Shown here: positions 1 to 7,514 of the stretch, in pieces | Position numbering within the stretch: the stretch's first letter is position 1 | How the letters are laid out: the number at the start of each line of letters is the position of its first letter | IMG/VR virus record: IMGVR_UViG_2706796142_000001 | Span: 1 to 64,000 of that record | DNA from: a virus | Taxonomy: Duplodnaviria > Caudoviricetes | DNA: 64,000 nucleotides | Strand: one strand, 5' to 3' | Made by a program: the position numbers and the translations under genes | Notes under the pieces: generated by a model | The model's database searches: none | Told to the model about the DNA's origin: nothing | Seen by the model: only the letters and a program-made list of their open reading frames with translations

Positions 1-95
1 TGTGTGTGCCACTGAAGAGTACACTTGGGGGCGGAGTCCCCATCTTATATAAAGTACCCCCCCACCTAAGTCATACACTGTACACATACACTACC

Positions 96-116
96 CCATG
101 CTTACGCATGGTATGG
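96..116 (+). promoter_or_regulatory. Candidate virion-RNAP hairpin promoter P1
   Basis: CCATGC-TTAC-GCATGG followed by TATGG, upstream of the gp1 homolog; same layout as N4 early DNA-hairpin promoters. Confidence 0.7.
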
Positions 117-155
117 CATCTTGCCATCCATCGTTAACCTATTGGAGTAGTATCT

Positions 156-464
156 ATGTCTAACACTCGTATGACCTTCGGTGCTGTACTGTCTACTGTA
201 TCTGATGCTGCAACATCAGTATCTACTGTACTCAACACAGCTACTAAGTCTGTTGGTATGCTTGATACATTCGTAACGAATGCAGCTACTAAACAGAAAG
301 TACGTTCAATCATTGATATGGAGACATTCAAAGAACGTCTCATTGAAGAAGTATCAATGGAAGATACTGTACGTCAGTTAAAAGTAATTGAGTTCTGTAA
401 CACTGAACAAATCAAAGAATTGTTCAATGCCAATCAAACTCGTCTCGCAGCATTGCTAAAGTAA
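156..464 (+). CDS. Early protein, N4 gp1-like
   Basis: First ORF after the P1 hairpin, GGAG RBS; position and MTFGAVLSTV start resemble N4 gp1. Confidence 0.7.
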   Translation: MSNTRMTFGAVLSTVSDAATSVSTVLNTATKSVGMLDTFVTNAATKQKVRSIIDMETFKERLIEEVSMEDTVRQLKVIEFCNTEQIKELFNANQTRLAALLK

Positions 465-472
465 TGCTAAAC

Positions 473-500
473 ACTAACCCAGAAATGGGTTAGTTTTACT
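473..500 (+). terminator. Rho-independent terminator
   Basis: ACTAACCC-AGAAAT-GGGTTAGT then TTTACT. Confidence 0.7.
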
Positions 501-535
501 TTATCGATAGATAAGTAGAGATATCTTGTAAGTAA

Positions 536-557
536 AACTTGCTTCCGCAAGTTATGG
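536..557 (+). promoter_or_regulatory. Candidate virion-RNAP hairpin promoter P2
   Basis: AACTTGC-TTCC-GCAAGTT followed by ATGG, upstream of the gp2 homolog. Confidence 0.75.
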
Positions 558-615
558 AATTCTCGCCAAAGAATCCTAAAAAACCCAACTCAAAATTCCT
601 AACAGGAGATTTACC

Positions 616-1005
616 ATGATTGATTTCGACAAAACATTCGGCCAGAAAGAAACCAAATCCAACAACAAACCAGCTTCTGATTTACCAAAAGCAGAGTTCT
701 GGTTGAACATTGGTTACACCGCAGAAGGTGCTGGCAAAGATGGCGAAGATGCATTTGTATCGCTGCCACAAGGCATTCCACTGGATACCCAAGAGTTGTT
801 ATCTGTCAAAGGTAAGAACTCAGATTGGGTAGCATTCCAGTCAGCACGTAACGCATTGCTCAAGCAAATCATGCAGAAAGTATCCGAGCTTCAGCCGGGT
901 GAAGAAACTCTGCTCAACCTGCAAGTTCAGGTGCGTCGAGTCAACAATGAAGAAACCGTTATCGACCCAGCCGATAATAAGTTTACTCGTCAGCTCGACC
1001 TGTAA
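616..1005 (+). CDS. N4 gp2-like ssDNA-binding activator of RNAP II
   Basis: FWLNIGY, FVSLPQGIPLDTQE and LNLQVQVRRV blocks match N4 gp2; synteny. Confidence 0.85.
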   Translation: MIDFDKTFGQKETKSNNKPASDLPKAEFWLNIGYTAEGAGKDGEDAFVSLPQGIPLDTQELLSVKGKNSDWVAFQSARNALLKQIMQKVSELQPGEETLLNLQVQVRRVNNEETVIDPADNKFTRQLDL

Positions 1006-1013
1006 TGCCCAAT

Positions 1014-1038
1014 AGCCACTCTTCGGAGTGGCTTTTTT
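1014..1038 (+). terminator. Rho-independent terminator
   Basis: AGCCACTC-TTCG-GAGTGGCT plus T-run. Confidence 0.85.
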
Positions 1039-1149
1039 AATGGGGTAGATAGTCTACTTATTAAAACCTAAAAGTAGGATTCTATAGTGGTTTACGTTAA
1101 AACCAGCTATAGAATATCTATTTCTCTTAGACATATGTTGGAGGTAAGA

Positions 1150-1512
1150 ATGAGCATGTCTGAAGACTGCGATGGTATCGTCAAACAGATAATAGCCAAG
1201 CACCAAACTCACTCATTAAGTGGGATATGGTCGTGGTTTGTAGTCAGTGATTATGCGGATATCTATGTCAGGCTAATCACCAATATCAAAGTACGCAAAG
1301 AGCCTACTGTGGTCATCGCACGTATTGAAGTGGATGAACCAAGAAAAGGCTATCTCAAATGTCTGTTGGAAGAATTATATAAAACAGATTATCACCTCGA
1401 ATTCGAATGCATTCTGAATAAAGATTTAGAGGCATACCTGTTGAGCCAAGGGTTCAAATACATTGAGCCAAGAGGCTACGATGTTCATATGCGGAGGGAA
1501 TATCATGACTGA
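1150..1512 (+). CDS. Early protein, possible GNAT-like fold
   Basis: GGAGG RBS before ATG 1150; IARIEVDEPRKGYL and L..YL..QGF segments resemble GNAT motifs. Confidence 0.5.
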   Translation: MSMSEDCDGIVKQIIAKHQTHSLSGIWSWFVVSDYADIYVRLITNIKVRKEPTVVIARIEVDEPRKGYLKCLLEELYKTDYHLEFECILNKDLEAYLLSQGFKYIEPRGYDVHMRREYHD

Positions 1513-1717
1513 AGAATTGTATGTCATCGTGGCACTGGAATATATCTACGGTAAAGAGAATCGTGCAGTAGCAAGGCATTATCTTTATCACGGGCCAGCA
1601 ACGTTCGTAAGCTGTGAAGCTCTAAAAGAACTGCTGGAAGATGATGAAGATTATCGTTGGGATACCTATTACAACATATTCACACATGACGACTATCTAA
1701 AAGGTAAATACGAATGA
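1505..1717 (+). CDS. Hypothetical early protein
   Basis: GGAGG RBS, overlap-coupled to its neighbours. Confidence 0.65.
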   Translation: MTEELYVIVALEYIYGKENRAVARHYLYHGPATFVSCEALKELLEDDEDYRWDTYYNIFTHDDYLKGKYE

Positions 1718-1887
1718 AGTCTCTGATTCTGTTTATCGCCATACTGCTGTGCATGATTAATTTCACTGGAAATATGCTGGGTGCTCCAGCTGATCCAGTA
1801 AAGGCAAAATACCTGTTCCAGTGGAATGGGTTATTTGACGTGATGATTGCTGCTTATTTCGTATTCCTAATGGAGAGAAAATCATGA
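1714..1887 (+). CDS. Small membrane protein (57 aa, not in ORF track)
   Basis: Hand-translated MKSLILFIAILLCMINF...FVFLMERKS; ATGA overlaps at both ends; two hydrophobic segments. Confidence 0.65.
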   Translation: MKSLILFIAILLCMINFTGNMLGAPADPVKAKYLFQWNGLFDVMIAAYFVFLMERKS

Positions 1888-2096
1888 GAAAGAATTCATA
1901 TAACTATCGTGTACAACGTGGAGCCAAAGGGAGTTGGTTGGTGACAGCCAATGATACTATCTATCGTGTACATCGTGGCATTGTGTCAGGCACATGGTAT
2001 GTGACTATCACAGGTGCCAGTCTGTTCAATGCAGGCACTCTGCGTGACTGTGTAATCTGGATAATACTGCGTGAGGGTTTAACCGATGCCATATGA
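1884..2096 (+). CDS. Hypothetical early protein
   Basis: Coupled ORF, GGAG RBS. Confidence 0.65.
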   Translation: MRKNSYNYRVQRGAKGSWLVTANDTIYRVHRGIVSGTWYVTITGASLFNAGTLRDCVIWIILREGLTDAI

Positions 2097-2400
2097 AGAC
2101 GTCAAGACGGGTAGCATTTATGCTATTCGTCATAAACCAACTGGGCTATTGCTCAGGATGCATCCCAAAGGTTTTGGTCATTCTCAGATGGATATCATTG
2201 ATGAAAAGCTGATGCGTCCATCTGCTCCTCGTTTATTCACCAGTGAACGTCAGGCTAAACAAGCTCTGATTATGTGGCTACGTGGTAAACATCGTCAGGA
2301 ATGGGAGGATGGGATCCAAGTATACGCACCAAATACTCCTCGTGTTAAGGAGGAAATGGAAGTCATTGAAGTGGAGCTAATTCATTATGTCCCTGTCTGA
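2086..2400 (+). CDS. Hypothetical early protein
   Basis: GAGG RBS, tiles with neighbours. Confidence 0.65.
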   Translation: MPYEDVKTGSIYAIRHKPTGLLLRMHPKGFGHSQMDIIDEKLMRPSAPRLFTSERQAKQALIMWLRGKHRQEWEDGIQVYAPNTPRVKEEMEVIEVELIHYVPV

Positions 2401-2695
2401 GTTCTATAAAAGCTATGCCGAATGGCTTAGTAAAGGTGCTCCAAACTATATGCCTTATGACAGGCATTCAGGTTTATGTAGAGCACTGGATGTATTCTGC
2501 ATGAGAAGAGGCATGGCTACAGTTGATCGTTACCGGTTAGGTGATCAACAACAAAAGCTATTTATTGATGCTGGTCTTAATGTCTCATTTCCATTTCATG
2601 ATGGTGATATGAATCAGTATCACTATGAGACTATTCTCGGCACCTGTCATCAAAACGTTCAACGTGTTAACTGGGTACATGCACATGCCAATTAA
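2387..2695 (+). CDS. Hypothetical phage protein
   Basis: Tiled ORF with GGAG RBS; FYKSYAEWL...GLC pattern. Confidence 0.65.
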   Translation: MSLSEFYKSYAEWLSKGAPNYMPYDRHSGLCRALDVFCMRRGMATVDRYRLGDQQQKLFIDAGLNVSFPFHDGDMNQYHYETILGTCHQNVQRVNWVHAHAN

Positions 2696-3047
2696 AATAC
2701 TGATAGCTGGTGGTCGTGACTTCACTGATAAGAGAGTCATGCACGCCAAGATCTGCGAGCTGGGTGTCAAAGGTATTATCGACCCAGAGTGTGAACTCAT
2801 CTGCGGTATGGCTCGTGGTGCAGATATGACTGCCTATGAGCTGTTCAGAGAGTCAGACAATGTAATCCATGAATACTGGGCTGACTGGGATGGTCTGGGT
2901 AAACGTGCTGGTTTCGTCAGGAACCATGACATGGGTGAGGACTGTGATGTAGCTCTTATCTTCTGGGATGGTAAGAGCAAAGGCACAGGCCATATGATTG
3001 ATATCCTGCAACGTATGGGGAAACCGCATTACGTAGTGAGGTATTAA
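2685..3047 (+). CDS. SLOG/YspA-like (DUF2493) protein
   Basis: ILIAGGRDF, GMARGAD, AGFVRN, FWDGKSKGTGHMI motifs; start moved to ATG 2685. Confidence 0.8.
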   Translation: MPIKILIAGGRDFTDKRVMHAKICELGVKGIIDPECELICGMARGADMTAYELFRESDNVIHEYWADWDGLGKRAGFVRNHDMGEDCDVALIFWDGKSKGTGHMIDILQRMGKPHYVVRY

Positions 3048-3253
3048 TGCTTTTGAACCGTAATTATGCAGTATGCGAAATCTGTGGTGAACCAAGAAGT
3101 AAACGTATTCATCGCAAGTGTTCTCGCATATTGCAGCAACGCTATGATGCTGAAGAATGGGCCAAGATACTCGCCAATGTTCGTAAAGATGAACTGGGCA
3201 GTACTATGGAACGTTCTCGTTCTGTTCGTATTAATGGGAGAGCCAAGAAATGA
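3047..3253 (+). CDS. Small putative zinc-binding protein
   Basis: CEICG...H..C pattern; coupled ORF. Confidence 0.55.
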   Translation: MLLNRNYAVCEICGEPRSKRIHRKCSRILQQRYDAEEWAKILANVRKDELGSTMERSRSVRINGRAKK

Positions 3254-3513
3254 TTAAAGTCTTAGACGTAGAAGATCAGGTGCCAGCAATTGTAGGTGAG
3301 TTACCGAAGGGAACTGTATTCACCACTCATATGGGTGTTGCTTACATTCTGGGTAAAGAGGTTACATCTCACATGGAACTACCAGAAGCACTACAGAACT
3401 GTCGTCATCGTACTGCATTAACGGGTGAACATGCGGGTAGTCAGAGCATGATCAGTAATGATGCTCTGGTAACTGTTTGCAACTGTAAGTTGGAGATTAC
3501 TCATGAGCTATAA
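3250..3513 (+). CDS. Hypothetical protein (possible paralog of 3781-4017)
   Basis: ATGA-coupled ORF. Confidence 0.65.
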   Translation: MIKVLDVEDQVPAIVGELPKGTVFTTHMGVAYILGKEVTSHMELPEALQNCRHRTALTGEHAGSQSMISNDALVTVCNCKLEITHEL

Positions 3514-3784
3514 AATACTGGAAGGGTTTCATGCCATGTTGCCACCTAATGCTATTGTCCCATCTCAACTGAGTGATATCAGTGAAGGTGATAGCGTAAA
3601 GATTGGTGTGGAAGCACAGAACAGAACTGAAAAGTTCTGGGCTACTGTATATGCCATTGACCGTGACAATGGTGTATTGGGTGTGCGTATCGATAATGAC
3701 CTTCAGTACAGCGAGTATCATGGTTTACATGATCGTGATGAACTGAATGTTAAATGGGAATATGTCGTTGGAGTCATCAAATGA
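3503..3784 (+). CDS. Hypothetical protein, possibly DUF2314/YegJ-like
   Basis: GDSVKI...EKFWATV...G.IDND pattern. Confidence 0.55.
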   Translation: MSYKILEGFHAMLPPNAIVPSQLSDISEGDSVKIGVEAQNRTEKFWATVYAIDRDNGVLGVRIDNDLQYSEYHGLHDRDELNVKWEYVVGVIK

Positions 3785-4017
3785 TTACTATCACTGAAAA
3801 GCCTGAGCCACCAACAAAAGTAAAACTGAGTATGCTCAAGCAGGGCGATACTTTTGTCATGGATGATAACAGGTTGTTTGTCGTTACAAATAAGTGTGAA
3901 GGAAATAATGTTATTTGCACCCGTTTAGGTGGCAAAGAATCAGGATTAATAACACATGTAGGTGCTACTGCTGTAGTGCTTCAGGTTAATCTCCTTGTGG
4001 AAATCACTCGTTTATAA
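3781..4017 (+). CDS. Hypothetical protein (possible paralog of 3250-3513)
   Basis: ATG 3781 overlaps the upstream stop. Confidence 0.65.
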   Translation: MITITEKPEPPTKVKLSMLKQGDTFVMDDNRLFVVTNKCEGNNVICTRLGGKESGLITHVGATAVVLQVNLLVEITRL

Positions 4018-4071
4018 CTCGTCTTATTTGCCCCAAGGGGCAAAACGACTCGCGTTTAGTTAGAGGTATAT

Positions 4072-4389
4072 ATGAAGACTGTATTAATAACGGGTGATGA
4101 GCGATTCACTAATATCGATATCATCATGCGTGATCTGGATTACCTGTTTCGTACCAAGCAGTTGCCACCTCAATTCAAGGTGGTGACTACTGGTGCAGCA
4201 GGCGTTGAGGCTGTTGTGGAACCAGTAATGCTGGATGCTGGTTTCGATGTGACTTCGTATTCAGAAGTCCCAGAGCATGTGGATATCGTGGTTGTGTTCT
4301 TCGTTGAGGAGAACACTCGTGCATATGAGATCATGATGAACCAGTGGAACAATAAGAAGCCTGTCTTCCCATTCAAGGTGCATCCGTAA
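4072..4389 (+). CDS. Divergent SLOG/YspA-like protein
   Basis: VLITGDERF and VTTGAAGVE parallel the motifs of 2685-3047; GAGG RBS. Confidence 0.55.
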   Translation: MKTVLITGDERFTNIDIIMRDLDYLFRTKQLPPQFKVVTTGAAGVEAVVEPVMLDAGFDVTSYSEVPEHVDIVVVFFVEENTRAYEIMMNQWNNKKPVFPFKVHP

Positions 4390-4724
4390 TGAATGAAATC
4401 AAGGTAGTTAATAAGCATCACAAAGTGGGCTTATCTGCTCGTCATTTCTATATCGGTCGTCCATCTACATTGGGTAATCCCTTTGAGATTACTCATCTGG
4501 TGGACAGGGATGATGTAATTGCTGCCTACAAGCCATGGCTTAAACGTAAGCTGCAAGAGGGTGACAAGTCTGTTGCTGCTGAACTGGATCGCATTGCCAA
4601 TATGGTAATGGATAACACAGGGGAACCAGTATATCTGGTCTGCTACTGTGCTCCGAAACCGTGCCACGGTGACGTGATTAAAGAGCTGATTCTGTCTGCT
4701 ATTGCTGGTTCACAGGGAGCGTAG
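4389..4724 (+). CDS. DUF4326 family protein
   Basis: YIGRPS.LGNPF and LVCYCAPKPCHGDVI signature. Confidence 0.85.
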   Translation: MNEIKVVNKHHKVGLSARHFYIGRPSTLGNPFEITHLVDRDDVIAAYKPWLKRKLQEGDKSVAAELDRIANMVMDNTGEPVYLVCYCAPKPCHGDVIKELILSAIAGSQGA

Positions 4725-4733
4725 GTTATTTCG

Positions 4734-4754
4734 TTTTTTTGGTTGTTTAACTCT
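4734..4754 (+). promoter_or_regulatory. Repeated T7-GGTTGTT-N-AA motif (candidate middle promoter), copy 1
   Basis: TTTTTTTGGTTGTTTAACTCT; related copies at 10915, 11232, 14324, 18570. Confidence 0.55.
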
Positions 4755-4772
4755 TTATAACAGGAACCAGAA

Positions 4773-4970
4773 ATGCAAGAAGAACTCGAAGAACTTATTA
4801 AGCGTCATGGTGCTGCCAAGTTCATTATCACTGCATGGCGAGCCATGAAAGAAGAACAGGACATGCGTAAGACCACTCACACTGAAGATATCGCTGTACG
4901 TATCTTAGGCCAGTGTAAGGACATCATGGAACGTGAGCTTAAAGAGCAACGTGAGTCCGAAGAAGAATAA
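4773..4970 (+). CDS. Hypothetical protein
   Basis: AGGA RBS, compact ORF. Confidence 0.6.
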   Translation: MQEELEELIKRHGAAKFIITAWRAMKEEQDMRKTTHTEDIAVRILGQCKDIMERELKEQRESEEE

Positions 4971-5020
4971 TCCCTAGCCATCACATCCGTGGTGGCTTCC
5001 TATTTCTACAGGAAAATCTA

Positions 5021-5410
5021 ATGGCTAAACCGGTTATGGTTTTCGGTTCTAATACCGCAGGTCTGCATGGTGCAGGTGCTGCTAAATTCGCTTATCAACA
5101 AAAAGGTGCAAGATATGGACAAGGTTACGGACGTTATGGTGAATCCTTCGCAATCCCTACCAAAGACGAACGCATTCAGACGCTCAGTCTGGCTGAAATT
5201 GCTGACTTCGTGTGCGGTTTTCTGGCTTATGCTCGGCATCAGCGTAAAGATGTATTTCATGTAACTCGCATTGGTTGTGGTCTGGCTGGCTATCAAGACA
5301 GTCAAATCGCTCCACTATTTGTTAACGCTTCAAAGAACTGTCTGTTCGACGAAGCATGGCGTCCATGGTTAGGTGACACTGTGTCTTACTGGGGAACTTT
5401 CGATGAGTAA
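5021..5410 (+). CDS. Macro-domain-like phage protein (A1S_2505-like family)
   Basis: VFGSNTAGLHGAGAA, YG..FAIPTK, VTRIGCGLAG motifs. Confidence 0.75.
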   Translation: MAKPVMVFGSNTAGLHGAGAAKFAYQQKGARYGQGYGRYGESFAIPTKDERIQTLSLAEIADFVCGFLAYARHQRKDVFHVTRIGCGLAGYQDSQIAPLFVNASKNCLFDEAWRPWLGDTVSYWGTFDE

Positions 5411-5645
5411 TCAAACTATCAAGCGTGAGAACCTACAGTTTGCAGGTGTAGACGAATGGTATCGTCTGGTATTCAAACACGAACAACGTGGTGGATACTT
5501 CTGCACTGTCAATCGACTGTGGGAAGACGGTGATACCAAAGAGACTGTTCAACAGTTTCTGGATCATACCGATGAACTGTATGTGAAGTCGCCATTCAAA
5601 GATTTTGAAGGCGAGCCTAGTCACCCTGTCAGTGTGGTGAACTAA
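5403..5645 (+). CDS. Hypothetical protein
   Basis: Start moved to ATG 5403, coupled. Confidence 0.6.
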   Translation: MSNQTIKRENLQFAGVDEWYRLVFKHEQRGGYFCTVNRLWEDGDTKETVQQFLDHTDELYVKSPFKDFEGEPSHPVSVVN

Positions 5646-5647
5646 CC

Positions 5648-5848
5648 ATGAACAGACTTGACTCTGTATGGCAGGACTACCTGAACATGCGTGTTCAACT
5701 GGTAGAGGCTGCTGTAGCTGACGGTAAAACCGATGCTGAAATCCAAGAGGTTCTCTATGGTGAAACCTCAAAGAACCAAGCTGACGTGTTAATCAACACA
5801 GTGAGGACGTATGTCAAAGCTCCAAGTGACCTGCCAGTACTGCAATAA
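5648..5848 (+). CDS. Hypothetical protein
   Basis: Tiled ORF. Confidence 0.55.
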   Translation: MNRLDSVWQDYLNMRVQLVEAAVADGKTDAEIQEVLYGETSKNQADVLINTVRTYVKAPSDLPVLQ

Positions 5849-6197
5849 GCCTGCTGTACTGGTTCAAGGTGATGTCATTTATGCACATCGACCTGACTTA
5901 GCTCATCTGTATTTCTGGCAGTGTGAGCCGTGTAACGCCTATGTAGGCTGTCATAAAGCAGGCAATGGCCATGGAGATGGTACAACTCCACTGGGCATAC
6001 TGGCTAATGCAGAGTTGCGTAAAGCAAAGTCTGCTGTCCATGCCAAGCTGGATCCACTGTGGAAGAACGGTAGCTGCACTCGTCGTGAGGCGTATGCCAT
6101 GTTAGCCAAAGCAATGGGCATTCCCTCGTATGAGTGTCACATCGGGATGTTCACCCTTGAACGCTGTAAGCAAGCTCTGCTCTTACTGAGCCAATAA
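5811..6197 (+). CDS. Zinc-finger protein, DUF3268-like
   Basis: CQYC...C.PC.AYVGCH...PLG.LAN..LR...H...DPLW...CHIGMF. Confidence 0.8.
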   Translation: MSKLQVTCQYCNKPAVLVQGDVIYAHRPDLAHLYFWQCEPCNAYVGCHKAGNGHGDGTTPLGILANAELRKAKSAVHAKLDPLWKNGSCTRREAYAMLAKAMGIPSYECHIGMFTLERCKQALLLLSQ

Positions 6198-6206
6198 GGA
6201 ATCTGT

Positions 6207-6374
6207 ATGGCCTGTATCACTGAAGAAATGAAAGCAGTAATGGAACGTTTTGAAGCTGCTGTACGTGCTCATGACAATGCTGGTGCTCAAGACCCAGAAG
6301 ATCGTGAGCATATCTATGCTGAGTACGAAGCTGCTAAAGCTGAATTAACTGAATGCCTGTCATGGGTTCCCTAA
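6207..6374 (+). CDS. Small hypothetical protein (55 aa, not in ORF track)
   Basis: AAGGA RBS; hand-translated MACITEEMKAV...CLSWVP. Confidence 0.6.
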   Translation: MACITEEMKAVMERFEAAVRAHDNAGAQDPEDREHIYAEYEAAKAELTECLSWVP

Positions 6375-6399
6375 CAAAGTAACTGAGGATATTAAAGCG

Positions 6400-7215
6400 A
6401 TGGATCAATTAACTGAACATCAGACGCGACTCGAAGAGTTATTCTCAAACAACCAACTCATGCCACGTATGCGTAAAGAGTTCACTGAGTGTGAGTCCTT
6501 TGACTTCACTAAGTATCTTGAGCATAAGGCTATTGACGTGAAGTTTGGCATTGACCTTCTGGTTCAGATGGCATTGCACAAACGCTGTGACTTACAGACG
6601 CTGGTTGGAACACTACGACACCACTGTGAGAGTGCTCAGGAAGTAGTGAACAACATCTTAAAGTGTGCTGAAGCAGACTTAGTGGACTACAACGTCAGTC
6701 TGGGCATCTTCATTGTACGTTGCACTATCAGTAACGATGTACAAGAAGAACTGGATCGCTTCCAGTATCCACTACCTATGGTAGTTGAACCAAAGAAGAT
6801 AACTAACAATAAGCAGAGTGGTTACTTGCTTAACAACAAGTCAATCATTCTCAAAGATAACCATCATGAAGATGATGTGTGTCTCGATCATATCAACCGT
6901 CTGAACAAGATTAAGTTCCGTATCAACTTTGATACAGCTCGGATGGTTAAGAACGAATGGCGTAACCTCGACAAACGTAAAGAAGGTGAGACTCAAGCTG
7001 ACTTTATCAAGCGTAAGAAAGCATTTGAGAAGTATGACAGTACTGCTCGTGATGTTATGGAAGTACTCCATAAGGTATCAGATACCTTTCACCTTACTCA
7101 TAGCTATGACAAACGTCTTAGGACTTATGCTCAGGGCTACCATGTTAACTATCAAGGCACTGCGTGGAACAAAGCAGTGATTGAATTCGCAGAAGAGGAA
7201 GTAACCAATGGATGA
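6400..7215 (+). CDS. RNA polymerase II subunit 1 (N4 gp15-like)
   Basis: FQYPLPMVVEP, HL.HSYDKRLRTYAQGYHVNYQG; synteny with subunit 2. Confidence 0.9.
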   Translation: MDQLTEHQTRLEELFSNNQLMPRMRKEFTECESFDFTKYLEHKAIDVKFGIDLLVQMALHKRCDLQTLVGTLRHHCESAQEVVNNILKCAEADLVDYNVSLGIFIVRCTISNDVQEELDRFQYPLPMVVEPKKITNNKQSGYLLNNKSIILKDNHHEDDVCLDHINRLNKIKFRINFDTARMVKNEWRNLDKRKEGETQADFIKRKKAFEKYDSTARDVMEVLHKVSDTFHLTHSYDKRLRTYAQGYHVNYQGTAWNKAVIEFAEEEVTNG

Positions 7216-7489
7216 GAAGAACTTTAAGCGTGTACCGTTCGAACGTGCATGTGAATTCACCAATGAACGTGGTCGTTTCATGGTAGGCAAAGACGGTACT
7301 GTCTTAGTCGAGTCCATGAGTGCTATCAATGGTGAACATACCATGGTCGTTCTGGCAAGCAGTGAGGAAGACTTAGGAATGTTAATCTCCTTCCTGCATC
7401 ACTGCTTCGAAGACCATCCATTCAAACCAAAGTCTGTGTTGGATCCAGACTTAGCTCAGATGTTGAATATCAATACCACCAAACACTAA
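7208..7489 (+). CDS. Hypothetical protein between RNAP II subunits
   Basis: GAGG RBS, coupled ORF. Confidence 0.65.
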   Translation: MDEKNFKRVPFERACEFTNERGRFMVGKDGTVLVESMSAINGEHTMVVLASSEEDLGMLISFLHHCFEDHPFKPKSVLDPDLAQMLNINTTKH

Positions 7490-7514
7490 TTCACTAACTT
7501 CAAGAGGCGCAATT

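Noticed and set aside
1-130. Direct terminal repeat
   Set aside because: Expected for N4-like phages, but the right genome end is outside the window, so it cannot be confirmed
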